The notes beneath the pieces were generated by a model. That model saw only the letters and a list, made by a program, of their open reading frames with translations, was not told where the DNA came from and made no database searches. A DNA stretch of 63,868 nt, filler included, from Basidiobolus ranarum (Eukaryota): the NCBI GenBank assembly GCA_040143965.1. It is 27 parts of 27 records of this genome, joined end to end, with 100 filler letters (N's around TTAATTAATTAA, not from the genome) between each part and the next. Parts side by side here need not be neighbours in the genome. Positions count along the whole stretch, not along the records: positions 61,608 to 63,868 come from JASJQH010003563.1; 26 more parts are not named here. One strand, given 5' to 3'. Shown here in pieces: positions 61,740 to 63,868 of this stretch (positions are counted from its first letter, which is position 1; each line of letters starts with the position of its first letter). Both the position numbers and the translations under genes were made by a program.

Positions 61740-63868
61740 TATATTTACATCCTCTAAACATGATTACATTGGTCCTCTAGTTAAGTATGGATATGATCCA
61801 GTATTGTCACAATATTTTAAAAGATTGATGTCTTGATTGACACTTTGTTGAGATCAGTATTTAAGCCAAATACCATCTGGTGCTTTTCATCCCCCCTCTT
61901 TGTTCTAATTGAAATAAAGATTTTGCCTGCTGGTGACTCTCTTCCCCTAACCCTAAATATTACACCCTCTGGTGTTTATCATCCCCCTAAGCAAAACCAC
62001 TTTTACCATTATTGCTCCCTCACACTGCACTTAACAGTGTCTTAGACTCTGCTGACTAAACATTTCTACACTGCAACATTCAAATCTGGTGTGCACCAGC
62101 AAACAAAGTTACTTAACTTCTGCCTATCTTATATAACTTGCACACATATCTGTGTAGTTTATCACCTTTGCTAATGAGTCACCAGATCTTATCCATGTTG
62201 CTTATAACATGACTAACTATCTATTCTTGTATCCCTTTTGTCAGAACATATTACCTGTCACATGGGCATTATCCAATCAGTATTAACCACAGTGTGATCT
62301 ACTAAGACACAAATAAATATAAGTCATGAGAATTATAACCAATGATCTTTCATTGCTAAGACTTCAGCTGATACATGACTGACTTATCTATCAATCTACC
62401 TATCCAATCCTATTCTCATTTATCAGAATTAGTCTTCTATTATCTTGGTGCTGACTAATACACTTTGCTATCAGAAAACTTAAATAAAGCTGACTGAACC
62501 TTTTGGTTAAGTGTTTGTCTCAATGAATACAATTTCCCCTCTCTTTAATATCAAAGCCTAGTATATACTAGCATATACAGAACACCAAGCCTAGTAGGCT
62601 AAAGAGCCTACTCTCTACTCTCACATAGCAACCCATTGCTATTTGCAAGACCTATATTAGTTAGATCAGCTCTGCTAATATCTCCTGCTTAAGCAGCTCT
62701 AAGATTCTGCACTTAACTGTTTCTTGGTTCAGTAAAGTTCAAGACTTTTTACTAGTTGTCTCTTGGACACAACAATACCAATATGCCTGATCTTCACACT
62801 GTAATTAAGAAACTACAAAAGCAGTTATGACTTCTTTGTTTTGTTAGAAATAAAGATTTTCCTGATGGTGACTATCTTCCCCCTAACTCTCCTCATGCCA
62901 ATTACTAGCTATGACTTCCAGTGAGGAAAATAATTTTGGGTAGAGGACAAAAAGAGTCTTTATAATGGGGTATAGGAAATACCATGAGTTTTTTGACCAG
63001 AAAAATACATATATATCCTGTTTACCAATAACATATGACCTTTTTACCCAACCTGTTTTCAGTAAAACAGAATGTAATATAAAACCTATTGGTGCTTATG
63101 AAGTCATATGCAGTAATTCTTTAATACAAGCAATGAAATGTCTGATTTTAATTACATCACTGAGCACCGTTAATGGCTGCAAAGTGGATCTGTATTTGGC
63201 TAGCGCTCGCCATGGGGTTGTAGTGCCTCAAGTAAATACCAAATATATTCAAAATCAGAAAGGTGCTATTGATTTACTATTCCCAGTCACCAGTCAATTC
63301 ATTGGCAGTGATACTTTGATTCTCACTGAGAATCCTTTGAAGAATGACAGGATAGGATCTCCAAGAAAACGACCTTCAGTTTATGGAGTTCACCAGCAGC
63401 TGGTACTACCATCTGATCCTAACGGTATGTGTATTTTTTTAGCTTGTCTTTGTACACACATAGAGGAACAGTGATTATTAGAGTATCAACCTACTATACT
63501 TCCTAACTTAGATAAAGAAAATCCATACGTTATTTCAATATAATTACTCGAAATAAGCACTCCTTGTTAAGTATAGATATAGATGAGGCATATGAGACTT
63601 TTTAAGTATTGAGATGGATGAGCTCTATGAGAAATCAACTGATTGACAAAAATAATAAATGATAATAGAGTTACAACAATACGAAAGAAAGTCACCGACC
63701 ACACAGGCTCCCTAAATCAGTAATAACAATGCTCAACCTCTGGTACCCTTAGTCTTGAAGTACTATGTCCTATCCTGTCACAATATATTAGGAGATATAT
63801 ATAGTACATAGTATGTGTATTCTATCGAGACATTTATTGCTTCAAATTACACTATTGTTAATAATAGT

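Noticed and set aside
62965-63474. 169-aa ORF
   Set aside because: No recognisable motif, signal or family; may be a chance ORF, so not called

Overview
This window is not one locus. It is 27 unplaced contigs of about 2.27 kb, sorted by decreasing length (2277 to 2261 bp) and joined by artificial 100-nt spacers (N44-TTAATTAATTAA-N44), so adjacency across spacers means nothing. The DNA is an AT-rich fungal nuclear genome with short GT-AG introns; an early-diverging lineage (Zoopagomycota/Mucoromycota-like) is my inference. More than half of it is nested, decayed transposons: several Ty1/copia families, a chromodomain-bearing Ty3/gypsy family, and a CMC/EnSpm (CACTA-type) DNA transposon with CCCTAACARAAAT termini. 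These repeats are strongly CpG-depleted. Host genes: a tandem array of Ser/Pro-rich GPI proteins, a peroxisomal acyl/oxalate-CoA ligase, VDAC, Vps27, an AA11 LPMO, a DHA2 MFS transporter, pirin, an UNC-93-like protein, a small secreted 6-Cys peptide and a degenerate tRNA-Pro. Top leads: (1) a pseudogenised, internally deleted Fanzor1 (eukaryotic TnpB-like RNA-guided nuclease) at 11880-12989, which the ORF track shows only as two uninformative fragments; (2) a mitochondrial-type LAGLIDADG fragment abutting the 5' end of the VDAC gene; (3) an orphan CC-C-CC-C secreted peptide; (4) a copia LTR family ending in TA rather than CA; (5) a probable self-priming chromovirus. All family assignments are from motif recognition by eye; no database search was run.
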